The notes beneath the pieces were generated by a model that was not told where the DNA came from, searched no databases, and was given only the letters and a program-made list of their open reading frames with translations. From Promethearchaeota archaeon (lineage in GTDB: Archaea > Asgardarchaeota > Heimdallarchaeia > Hodarchaeales > Hodarchaeaceae): a stretch of 64,000 bases of DNA. Location: the NCBI GenBank assembly GCA_048938105.1, contig JBHLMN010000016.1, positions 32,001 through 96,000 of the forward strand. Direction: 5' to 3'. The position numbers and the translations under genes were made by a program. Numbering within the stretch: the stretch's first letter is position 1; each line of letters begins with the position of its first letter. Below are positions 1 through 9,200 of the stretch, piece by piece.

Positions 1-616
1 ATTTCTTTTACAGGAGAAATATTCCGATGCAATCACAAAATATTTAGGTGAAACAAGTCCCTTAGAGAATGAGAGGATTACGAAATTACGACAGGAATAT
101 CAAAATACACATTCTTACGAGAAATTAAGGTCAGAATTTCCATACTCTTATAGGATAGAAAAGATGTTATTAAGAGGCCTAATAAGATATCATTCAGCTA
201 AAAGGATTATTTTAAATTTACCTAAGTCGTTTTTGAAATTAGCAATTTCTGCTTACCAATCTTATCTTTTTAATAAAATACTAAGTTATCTTAACGAGAC
301 CTATTTTCCCCTCCCTAGTGACATTTTTATACCTTTACCAGGATATAGGACTATTCAAGAACAATCTAGTGATGAAATATGGGATAAATTGGTAGTTTTA
401 TTAGAGGAAGATTCTTTAGATTTACAAAGTTTCAGACACGAGCAACTAAACTTACGTTCCAAAGGATCCTTAAGAAAAGCTATTGTTTTCCCAAGTGAAT
501 TCAATTATTTTCCAATGGATATTCAGGAAAAAGGTATAAAAGTTACATTTAGCTTACCCAAGGGTTCTTATGGGACCATTGTCATCCGAGAGATAATGAA
601 AAAGGAGATTTGTTAA
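1..616 (+). CDS. truD: tRNA pseudouridine(13) synthase TruD, C-terminal part (5' truncated by window)
   Basis: SAYQSYLFN and FSLPKGSYGT..IREI motifs typical of the TruD C-terminus. Confidence 0.9.
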   Translation, partial: FLLQEKYSDAITKYLGETSPLENERITKLRQEYQNTHSYEKLRSEFPYSYRIEKMLLRGLIRYHSAKRIILNLPKSFLKLAISAYQSYLFNKILSYLNETYFPLPSDIFIPLPGYRTIQEQSSDEIWDKLVVLLEEDSLDLQSFRHEQLNLRSKGSLRKAIVFPSEFNYFPMDIQEKGIKVTFSLPKGSYGTIVIREIMKKEIC

Positions 617-617
617 A

Positions 618-1028
618 TTATTCATAGGGGTAAAAAACCCCATTCTCAACTCTCCCATTAAGCTCACCCTGATTTATCAGTCTTTCAATAGCTTTGCCAA
701 CAGAAGCAGCTGAAATACCTGCGATCTCGATTTGGTCAATAGGAGTAGCCTCTTCTACAAGATTAACTGCTTGAATCAGTAATTCTCTTTTTGATTTTCC
801 AGAACCAATTTCATCTCCACGAATTTTCTTTAAAGAAGCACGAATAGAAGCATTACAAATTGGACAATGAAATGATCCCATTATTGTTAAAGTAACTCGG
901 CCATCCTTGTCAGGCATTGGACTAATTAATTGCCATGTTTTTTCCGGAGGAGTATCAATAGGATTTAGAATATGGCCACATTTTTTGCATGAAATCTTCT
1001 TCTTTTGCTTTTTATTGCGGGGATTCAT
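618..1028 (-). CDS. Cren7-related Zn-binding protein with a C-terminal winged-helix/PCI-like segment
   Basis: CxxC...PEKTWQLISPMPDKDGRVTLTIMGSFHCPIC resembles the Cren7-like family; C-terminal LINQGELNGRVENG. Confidence 0.55.
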   Translation of the reverse strand: MNPRNKKQKKKISCKKCGHILNPIDTPPEKTWQLISPMPDKDGRVTLTIMGSFHCPICNASIRASLKKIRGDEIGSGKSKRELLIQAVNLVEEATPIDQIEIAGISAASVGKAIERLINQGELNGRVENGVFYPYE

Positions 1029-1088
1029 AATTTTTGCCTTCTTTAATGGTCATAAATCAAGACTAATGAATACTAAATTCAGGAATTA

Positions 1089-1343
1089 TTATAAATTGAG
1101 TGCTTGAATAGTAGTTCTCAGACAGGCGTGACAAATCTCTCCTCCATATGGTCGATCTGCATGTCTTCTACTTTTGGAGTCTTTCAATGTGTTTGTTTGT
1201 ACTAATGTGCCACAAATCCTACAGTGAGACTTTTGGGTTTTTCTTTTGGTTTTATGGACTAACAATCGTCCCCCTGGACTTTTTTTCTTTCTGACATTCT
1301 TCGTCATTTTACTTGAACACCTATCACTTTGATTATTTCTCAA
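1089..1343 (-). CDS. rpl34e: 50S ribosomal protein L34e
   Basis: KKSPGGRL, CxxCG, RPYGGEICHAC. Confidence 0.93.
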   Translation of the reverse strand: MRNNQSDRCSSKMTKNVRKKKSPGGRLLVHKTKRKTQKSHCRICGTLVQTNTLKDSKSRRHADRPYGGEICHACLRTTIQALNL

Positions 1344-2638
1344 TCAGGTTGTAAGCCTGAAACTTTTCGTAAAATTGATCCAAATGCTAAGCTACCACCA
1401 AAATACCACCAGATGTAGTTGGGGACGAAAACCAATCCCCATCCTTGAACCTCTACATTCTTTCCGATTTGGAATATCCAAAGCGTCTCAAGCCCAAAGG
1501 TTGGATCAAAAGGTATTATGGCAGGGATATTTCCAGATACCATTTTTCCATTATAAGCTGGATTTAAAGCTAACTGCTGACCACTATTTTCCACATCTTG
1601 ATTAAGCCAGTCAGTCCATTCTCTGGCTTCTGTATCTCCAGCAGTTTTTTGCACAAAATAAGCTGTTTCAATAACAAAACTGATTTCAGGATCAACTCTT
1701 TTTGTTTCCTTAATTTTTTTAGTGTTACTCGGGACGTTACCATCCTCAACATCAGCACTATTAGCTATCGCATAAAGCCAAATCATACTTTTCTCCTGTG
1801 ATGTTTTCACACTTGGAGATACACAAGGCTCTTCTGTCTTTTGTTGAACTGCTCCTTTGATATGAATTGGAGAGGTAGTATTTATATTCCTAAAAGAATT
1901 AATCTGACCTATCCAGCTACAATTATCTGTCCAAGTCCATGAGTAATTTGAAGGTTCAGAATCACCTGCAATTTTCCAATAAATATAAACATGATTACCA
2001 CTACTTGCATTATGTATATAATCATGCTCAAGTGTCCAACCAGAGGGAGTAGAGCTTATTGAAGTACCATTGTTATCGGAACCAATTGTGCTAACTACAA
2101 GAGCAATCATTAAATCATCTTTCAATGTCCCTGATGGCTTATTTATCAGCATTGTTGTTACAGAATCACCATCAGTTGCCTCTGCATAACCAATATAAGA
2201 GATACCTGTTTGAAAGCTATAGAATCCTGAGAGAACAATAAAAAAAAGTATCATTGGAATAAACATAATCATCAATGGTTTCAAGTTCATCATTGTAAGT
2301 TCAGACTGTACTTTTCTCATTCTATCTGCATTTCTCTCATACTTCAATTTTAATTTACTATCAGCTGTTTTCATCATTTGCATACGTAATTTGTTGTACT
2401 TTTTAGTTTCTCTTGTTAACCTTCTTAGTTTATCAATATCAATCATCTTTCTAGATACTAATGTAGACGCTAACGATACAAAGAAAGCAACAATTAAAAT
2501 AAATATCGATGATAGAGGAGGTTGTGTTGGAATGACATCGGTTACATCTTGTAGAACAGCCATAGGCATTGTGACTAGATTAAAAAGAGCAGTTAATATA
2601 TCTTGAAAAATATACATGTTTATTCCCTTTGTAAGCAT
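1340..2638 (-). CDS. EMC3/TMCO1 (DUF106, Oxa1 superfamily) insertase with a ~215-aa soluble insert
   Basis: TM1, coiled coil, MMNLKPLMIMFIP, IWWYF..S...RK; next to rpl34e as in other archaea. Confidence 0.85.
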   Translation of the reverse strand: MLTKGINMYIFQDILTALFNLVTMPMAVLQDVTDVIPTQPPLSSIFILIVAFFVSLASTLVSRKMIDIDKLRRLTRETKKYNKLRMQMMKTADSKLKLKYERNADRMRKVQSELTMMNLKPLMIMFIPMILFFIVLSGFYSFQTGISYIGYAEATDGDSVTTMLINKPSGTLKDDLMIALVVSTIGSDNNGTSISSTPSGWTLEHDYIHNASSGNHVYIYWKIAGDSEPSNYSWTWTDNCSWIGQINSFRNINTTSPIHIKGAVQQKTEEPCVSPSVKTSQEKSMIWLYAIANSADVEDGNVPSNTKKIKETKRVDPEISFVIETAYFVQKTAGDTEAREWTDWLNQDVENSGQQLALNPAYNGKMVSGNIPAIIPFDPTFGLETLWIFQIGKNVEVQGWGLVFVPNYIWWYFGGSLAFGSILRKVSGLQPD

Positions 2639-2858
2639 CTTGTACCTTTTTTAGGGACTATAGATTCAATTCTTTCTAAAAATTCCTTTTTTTCGATTAT
2701 TTTTTATTTTTCCCGTTAGAGTAATAAGATCAAAGCTGAACTCGAAAAACAATAAATGAGATTTCTATTTAACAGACAATAGAAGAATCGTGATAAAGTC
2801 TTATAATGGTGAAAAGGGCTTATAAAAACCAGATCACTGTCTGTATTAAACAGGAGTT

Positions 2859-4244
2859 TCACTTCTTTTCAGTATAATGATTGTTTAAGATTGTTCGTCG
2901 TTTTAAAAAGTCATAAAATGCCTGTTTGAAATCTACTTCAGGTGAGAGATGAAATTGTAAGGGATAGTTTCTGGACACTGGTTTAGTTAAGTGTCTTTGG
3001 GCACAAACAGGGATTACATATCTTATCCCTGTTCGAATTTTTCGGCTTTTCTGTCGATAATCGTAGTTTTTCTTTGGAGAGATGTAGGAGCATTTCTTAC
3101 ATTTTAATCCTTGTTTTTTCCCTGCAGATGTTAGAGTAGCTCCACAAATGGGACATTTTGGAGTTATTTTTTCTTGGATATTGGTTAACTTGATGATTTG
3201 GATCTCTTCGATATTTATTGTAACAGGATTTTCTTCAGATGCAGGTCTAACTCCTCCAAAAACTAGAACTTCGTCTCCTTCGATTAGTTCTCTAATTATT
3301 TTTCGAAATCTTTTTGTCGGTTCGTATGCTGCACAATCGATTGAAGCGTTACCTGATTTAATGGTAAAGATGACATGTCCACCAGGGTAGTCATAAGGTT
3401 TTCTTTCCACTACCCCTCTTACTTTTACAGAAAGATAGGGTTTTAGTTCTTGTCCAAGGAACATTTTAGGAAAATTTACTTGTGTATGTTGATTGGTTCG
3501 ATAAACCATCGTAGTTTGGATCGGTTCTAAAATATCAATTAGTTCCCACATTCGGATAACTGCATCAGCGGTTTCGCCTCTGATTCCACAAAAAACAGGA
3601 TCAGGTCCATGAGGACTAATCATTATTTGTTTATGCTCATAATCATAATTATTGAAGGTCAACGGAGTTTTCTTATCAGCGTTTATGACAGATATGGGGT
3701 CGATTAAACGTTCAGGTTTCTTCTCTTTCGGATTTCGATAAGCAATGAATTCATAAGTATAATCTTGTGAGAGTATCGCCCCAATAGCGGCGGCAGCCCC
3801 GATCAGGCCTCTTCCTTTCTTAATATAGAAGTGTTTTTCTGATGGATGCTCGTAAAGTAGCTGCTTTACTGAATTCAAAGGAATTACTTGATATAATGCC
3901 TCATGGTACAATTCTTGGAAAGTAGAAGGAATTTTTCCTTTGATAAATACAAGACCTGGATCAGTGTGCGGATCATTAATGTCAGCATTCTTCTTTACTA
4001 AATCTACGGTACCATTCCAAAGATCATCAATGATTTCTTCATGTGTTATAAAAGTAATAGCAACAGCTCCATTTCCTCTAGTTTTATAAGGGATGTTGGG
4101 ATTTAAGCGAATCAATTTTGGAAAATCAAGAAATTCTACAGAGTGTTTGAGTAAGAAATCAACTATTATCGTCCCCAAGAAGGTTGTACACATACCATTT
4201 TGGGAATCAGTGTCATCTACTCCGATATGCCAGGTTTGTAACAT
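2859..4244 (-). CDS. tiaS: tRNA(Ile2) agmatinylcytidine synthase
   Basis: IGVDDTDS, MCTT, RLNPNIPYKTRGNGA, AYEPT, C-terminal Zn ribbon, RHLTKP. Confidence 0.96.
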   Translation of the reverse strand: MLQTWHIGVDDTDSQNGMCTTFLGTIIVDFLLKHSVEFLDFPKLIRLNPNIPYKTRGNGAVAITFITHEEIIDDLWNGTVDLVKKNADINDPHTDPGLVFIKGKIPSTFQELYHEALYQVIPLNSVKQLLYEHPSEKHFYIKKGRGLIGAAAAIGAILSQDYTYEFIAYRNPKEKKPERLIDPISVINADKKTPLTFNNYDYEHKQIMISPHGPDPVFCGIRGETADAVIRMWELIDILEPIQTTMVYRTNQHTQVNFPKMFLGQELKPYLSVKVRGVVERKPYDYPGGHVIFTIKSGNASIDCAAYEPTKRFRKIIRELIEGDEVLVFGGVRPASEENPVTINIEEIQIIKLTNIQEKITPKCPICGATLTSAGKKQGLKCKKCSYISPKKNYDYRQKSRKIRTGIRYVIPVCAQRHLTKPVSRNYPLQFHLSPEVDFKQAFYDFLKRRTILNNHYTEKK

Positions 4245-4258
4245 GAATATTCATTCCA

Positions 4259-5191
4259 TTAATCTTGAAGCCGAGATAAGACTCCAGAGATCATTAATGG
4301 TAATACTAGAGTGATATCAGAAGGAATATCAATCCATTTTGCTTCAGGTGCTACTTTTCCCCAAGATATTGCCTCTTTTACACTTGCTCCACTAATACCC
4401 CCATGTTCTGGACGATCCATTGTTATTTGGATTGCATATGATAATCCATTGTGCAAAAGAGACCCATTCATTATGAAGTGCTTGGGTACCCCTCCACCTA
4501 GGAATAGAGCTCCCATACGTTCTGTTTCGTAAATAATCTTAGTGAATTCTGAATGATCTTTCAAAACATCAATAAAAAGAGGATTTGTTTGAGAGAAAAG
4601 CCAAGCTTGAACACCTAACATACTGTCTGCAAATGAGGGGGAGAAAATTGGAACCTTTTTAAGAAAGGCAGCTCTTACTATTGACTGAGGATCATTCACA
4701 TGTCGGCCAAGCTCATATAAAAATCTTTGACTACTTATTCTTTCATCAGGGATATTCATGAGGATTTTTTGAGCCATTCTTTCAAATTTCACAAATGAAT
4801 CATAAGGAATTAGAGTACTAAAAATACGACTCATTTGCAGTTCCACAAGTTTTTCATCATCTAAGTATTCTGAACCATGATGATGAGAACCTCCAGATGT
4901 TTCTAACAAGTCGTGACTGATATTAGCTCCTGTTGTAACTATACAATTCACCATGTTTTTTTCAATCATTATACGAAGGATTTTTCGCATACCTCCTGGA
5001 ATCAAAGCTCCTGCAAGCCCTAAAAAGACCATACAACTATCATCAAGGATCATTTGTTCTAATAATTCAGTTGCTAAAGCAATCTTACGACATGTAAAAC
5101 CACCATTTTTCATGGATGCCAATAGTTCATCAACTGTCATATTTGGATGAATATCCACTTGTTTCATGCGTTTAAATTTCATACTTGCCAA
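4259..5191 (-). CDS. dys: deoxyhypusine synthase
   Basis: TTGANISHD, GGGVPKH, GGISGA..EAISWGK with the catalytic Lys present. Confidence 0.95.
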   Translation of the reverse strand: MASMKFKRMKQVDIHPNMTVDELLASMKNGGFTCRKIALATELLEQMILDDSCMVFLGLAGALIPGGMRKILRIMIEKNMVNCIVTTGANISHDLLETSGGSHHHGSEYLDDEKLVELQMSRIFSTLIPYDSFVKFERMAQKILMNIPDERISSQRFLYELGRHVNDPQSIVRAAFLKKVPIFSPSFADSMLGVQAWLFSQTNPLFIDVLKDHSEFTKIIYETERMGALFLGGGVPKHFIMNGSLLHNGLSYAIQITMDRPEHGGISGASVKEAISWGKVAPEAKWIDIPSDITLVLPLMISGVLSRLQD

Positions 5192-5373
5192 AACCTCTGA
5201 TTTTCAATGCCAATGAGCCTTAAGCAATAATTTTTTCTCCTTGAAAGTTATTTGAAACTTTATCTTTTCCAAAAGGATGTTTAATCTCTATTTTACTTGT
5301 TTTTAGATAATTTGATAAAGCTTTATTCAGTTAAACTGTCTTTAGTGGTTTGACTATAAAGTTGTGATATACT

Positions 5374-6300
5374 GTGAAAAACATTGATTTTGTGTGCCAT
5401 AAACCTGAAATGTTGTGTGGGATTCTTAAACGTGAATGGGTGGAGAATAAGCCTAATTATCACTTTTTAGGTGTACCTATAGATATTTCCTCTTCCTATA
5501 GGAGCGGAGCGCGTCATGGGCCAGATACTTTTAGAAGAATTCTTCGTTCGGAGAATTTTGAATGCATTACTGAAACAGGGGTAAGTTTAAAGGATTATTA
5601 TAGAATCATAGATTGGGGAAACATTGGGGTGATAACTACAAATCTACATGAGAGTTTAAGACTAATTTCTGATGGTGTTCTTGATTTAATTCTAAGTAAA
5701 TTACCATTTTTAGTATTTGGGGGTGATCATTGCTTAACAATAGGTATTGGTCAAGCTTACAAAGAAGCAGATCTTCCAGTCTACCTCATTTATCTTGATG
5801 CGCATCTAGACCTGTATAATGAGATGATGGGAACTGATTTGTCTCACGCGTGTACTTTAAGAAGGTTTTCAGAGATATCAAATTTCCAGGGAGCAATAGT
5901 ATTAGGATATCGGGATTTCACAAATGAACAACTAGCATATGCGAAAAATAACAATATTAAAGTTGTTTCTACAAATGAGTTGATTAATCAATCCAACTTA
6001 TTTAATTTTGGTCTTGAGTTCGCTCAAAATCTTCGTAAAGAAAATATTAAAATTCATATTTCTGTAGATCTAGATGTTTTAGACCCAAGTTTTGCCCCTG
6101 GAGTTGGAAATCCTGTTGCTGGAGGGATATCAACAAGGCAGCTAATGTGGCTTCTTACAGGGATATTTCGGGGGATTAACAAACAGGTAATCAGTTGGGA
6201 TATAGTGGAGTACAATCCTCTATACGACCCAGTTGAAATCACAGCTTTTTCCATCGTTAAATTACTTTTGGAGAGTTTAGGAGCGCAAATCATAAAATAA
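5374..6300 (+). CDS. speB: agmatinase (ureohydrolase family)
   Basis: GGDH, DAHLD, SVDLDVLDPSFAPGVG, VEYNP metal-binding motifs. Confidence 0.88.
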   Translation: MKNIDFVCHKPEMLCGILKREWVENKPNYHFLGVPIDISSSYRSGARHGPDTFRRILRSENFECITETGVSLKDYYRIIDWGNIGVITTNLHESLRLISDGVLDLILSKLPFLVFGGDHCLTIGIGQAYKEADLPVYLIYLDAHLDLYNEMMGTDLSHACTLRRFSEISNFQGAIVLGYRDFTNEQLAYAKNNNIKVVSTNELINQSNLFNFGLEFAQNLRKENIKIHISVDLDVLDPSFAPGVGNPVAGGISTRQLMWLLTGIFRGINKQVISWDIVEYNPLYDPVEITAFSIVKLLLESLGAQIIK

Positions 6301-6493
6301 ACTCCTTCAAACCAAAGTCATCATGAAAGTAATGTAATGAAGGTTAAAAATCCTGACTCATTTTATAAATCAAAAATTTTGAATTTACAAAACTTGTTTT
6401 AAGTCAGTTTCTTAGAATTAAGAAATAGATTTGAAGGTATTCTTGGTAATAATTGAATGAAAATAGAAAAAAAGGAAAATTGGTGAGATAGAA

Positions 6494-7708
6494 ATGCAAA
6501 GTGATTCCACATCTTTTCTAACTGATGAAATGCAAGAGATCCGTGAAGCTGGACGAGAATGGATACATAGAGTTCTAGAGGGCCCTAGTGACACAGTATG
6601 CAAGGTAGAAGGAAAAGAAGTTATTATGTTATGTTCCAATAACTATCTTGGCTTATCTAATCATCCCAAAATGAAGGAAGCGGCTATTGAAGCTATTAAA
6701 ACTCATGGGGTCGGTTCTGGTTCAGTTAGAGCGATTGCAGGGAATATGGATTTACATGAAAAATGGGAAAAAAGACTGGCAAAATTCAAAGAACAAGAAG
6801 CTGCTTTTATCACATCTGCAGGATTCGCAGCTAATCAAGGTGTTATCCAACAACTTGCTCCTACTGCTGATGATGTTATATTATCTGATCGTCTGAATCA
6901 TGGCTCAATAATTGATGGTGTGCGAACTACCAAGGCTAAGAGAGCAGTTTACGAACATTGTGATATGGCTTCTCTTGAAGTTGAGCTTACCAAACTAGCA
7001 AAAGGAAATCCTAGAAGGATTTTGGTAATTACTGACGGAGTTTTTTCTATGGACGGGGATCACGCACCCCTTGGCGAGATTTTCAAAATATGTGAACCTC
7101 ACAGTAATACGATCATTTACGTGGATGATGCTCATGGTGATGGAGTCCTTGGTCGTAATTATTCTGGGAAGGGTCTTGTTGATCACTATGGTTTGCAAGG
7201 AAAAGTCCATATTGAAATGGGTACCTTTTCTAAAGCATTTGGAACCATGGGTGGGTCGATAGTAGGATCCCAGGAATTAGTTACTTGGTGTCGAAATAAA
7301 ACACGATCATACTTATTATCTGCTAGCCACCCTCCTGCAACTGCAGCGGCATCTATCAAGGCTTTAGATCTCATTGAGCATGAAGAACCTGATCTTGTCA
7401 AAAGACTCTGGAATAACATTGATTACTTCAAAAAAGAAATCATAGCTATGGGTTATAACCATGAAATAACAAATGCTTCAACTACTGCGATCATTCCAAT
7501 TATTTTTGGTGATCCTTTAAAAGCAAAAGAAGCATCGAATTTACTCTATTCTGAATACAGCATTTTTGCCTTACCGATTGTTTTTCCGATGGTTCCTCGT
7601 GGATTGGATCGAATTCGTGTTCAAGCTAATGCAGCACTTACGAAAGAACAGCTAGATGAAGGTCTTCGTGCTTTTGAAGAGGTCGGTAAAAAACTCAAGA
7701 TATTTTAA
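6494..7708 (+). CDS. PLP-dependent alpha-oxoamine synthase (glycine C-acetyltransferase / BioF family)
   Basis: SNNYLGL, NHGSIIDG, DGVFSMDGD, DDAHG, TFSKAFG. Confidence 0.92.
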   Translation: MQSDSTSFLTDEMQEIREAGREWIHRVLEGPSDTVCKVEGKEVIMLCSNNYLGLSNHPKMKEAAIEAIKTHGVGSGSVRAIAGNMDLHEKWEKRLAKFKEQEAAFITSAGFAANQGVIQQLAPTADDVILSDRLNHGSIIDGVRTTKAKRAVYEHCDMASLEVELTKLAKGNPRRILVITDGVFSMDGDHAPLGEIFKICEPHSNTIIYVDDAHGDGVLGRNYSGKGLVDHYGLQGKVHIEMGTFSKAFGTMGGSIVGSQELVTWCRNKTRSYLLSASHPPATAAASIKALDLIEHEEPDLVKRLWNNIDYFKKEIIAMGYNHEITNASTTAIIPIIFGDPLKAKEASNLLYSEYSIFALPIVFPMVPRGLDRIRVQANAALTKEQLDEGLRAFEEVGKKLKIF

Positions 7709-7758
7709 ATTCTAAATGAGTATGATGGAAAAGAATTTTTCCTTTCACTTCTTCTTTT

Positions 7759-8214
7759 TTAAAAGAATTTCGTTAATCTTCTATTTTCTCTTCTGGTTTT
7801 GAGCGTGTCAAGAACTTCTTCTAGAATCTTGATTACTCGATCTTCATATGTTTCTCTTTTATAATAATAGCTCCAGTGATTCCAATGTGGTCGTTTATGC
7901 GCTACTTTATATTTTAATCCTGTCATTTCTGTCTTATAGGTATTCGCGTCTAGTTTGTTAACCCTTTGATCAGCAATGATATACCAGTGATATTTTGTGT
8001 TGTTTAAAGCACCCGTACCAACTGGTGCCTGATGAATTCTAAATTTATTACAAATAAACTCAAACTTCCATTTATCTGGTGCAATTTTCGTTTCATTCCA
8101 ATCTCCGTCTTTGTAATTCCATCTATGTTTTCCCCCAATTGTCATTCCTGTGTATTTTTGGCCATTATACTCTTTAAGAGAATTAAAATATTTCCTTTTT
8201 GGATCTTTGATCAT
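7759..8214 (-). CDS. conserved hypothetical basic, Trp-rich protein
   Basis: Open 151-aa ORF; YTGM.IG..H.W.Y..G.W.E pattern; function unknown. Confidence 0.7.
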   Translation of the reverse strand: MIKDPKRKYFNSLKEYNGQKYTGMTIGGKHRWNYKDGDWNETKIAPDKWKFEFICNKFRIHQAPVGTGALNNTKYHWYIIADQRVNKLDANTYKTEMTGLKYKVAHKRPHWNHWSYYYKRETYEDRVIKILEEVLDTLKTRRENRRLTKFF

Positions 8215-8488
8215 ATACTTTCAACCTATGGAATGAATTCATGAGTCTCGTCATTTAAGTTTTTAATAGAAAGAAAGTATATAAACTAAATTAAGAGACT
8301 TAATTGAAAGTAATTTTTACATTTAAAGGACTATGAACCTATAAAACAAAATTATCTTAGATTTTGGATAATAATTAAATCTGAGATATATCTTTCTCTT
8401 TTTTTTAACCATTTTATTCTATTAAATTTAAAAAGAGACGAAATTTCTCTGAATAAATACCTGTTCTTACTGTAAAGTTGATGATTTC

Positions 8489-8896
8489 TCATTTTTTTTT
8501 AGATATTATTCGCCGTTTAGGTTTCACATTAATTCTCCCCGAGAATCTAAAAACTTGGCCACAGTCTGGGCAAAACCAATATTTTCGTGACGCCTCATCA
8601 CCGCGAGAAAACTGATAAAATCCTTGAAAAACAGCATTAGGATGATTACATCGTTTTTTCTGACGTTCATCATATGTTTGAATGAAAATTCGTGGTATTG
8701 GGGGTGGTTCATTCTCTAAAATACGTGTATGGTCTCGTGGAGTGTGTTCTATTGGTGTACGTTCTTGAAATGCAGTCGTATCTTCAATTTCAACAGTTTT
8801 TTTACAATTAGGACATTCAAAAATCATCTGCTTCTTTGAACCCTTCCTCTTCGGTACTATCAACGATCCACATTTTTCACAAAATGGTGAGGACAT
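8489..8896 (-). CDS. transcription factor S / RpoM-family paralog
   Basis: N-terminal FCEKCGSL..P..CPNC; C-terminal Q.SRGDE...CPDCG. Confidence 0.75.
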   Translation of the reverse strand: MSSPFCEKCGSLIVPKRKGSKKQMIFECPNCKKTVEIEDTTAFQERTPIEHTPRDHTRILENEPPPIPRIFIQTYDERQKKRCNHPNAVFQGFYQFSRGDEASRKYWFCPDCGQVFRFSGRINVKPKRRIISKKK

Positions 8897-9200
8897 AAGT
8901 TTTCCACGGGATTTTCAGGATTTTTTACTTTTTTTAATTATAATTTCATTCTTATCTTTTGGATAGGAGGAATTCATCCCTTTAATTGATTCTATCATTA
9001 GTTTCCTTAATAATAAAACTCTTAAAAAGATATTGATTAAGTTTTTACAATTTATTAATATTCTCATAAGATGATTTCAAAAAGGTTTTCTCTTTCTTCT
9101 CTTTCAATAGTAGTAATTAATGTTAGAATGGTTTGATTTTTTTATAACCTTTTTCTCTCTAAACATGATTTTTTTAACTCTCAGTAGCGGCGACACAAAG

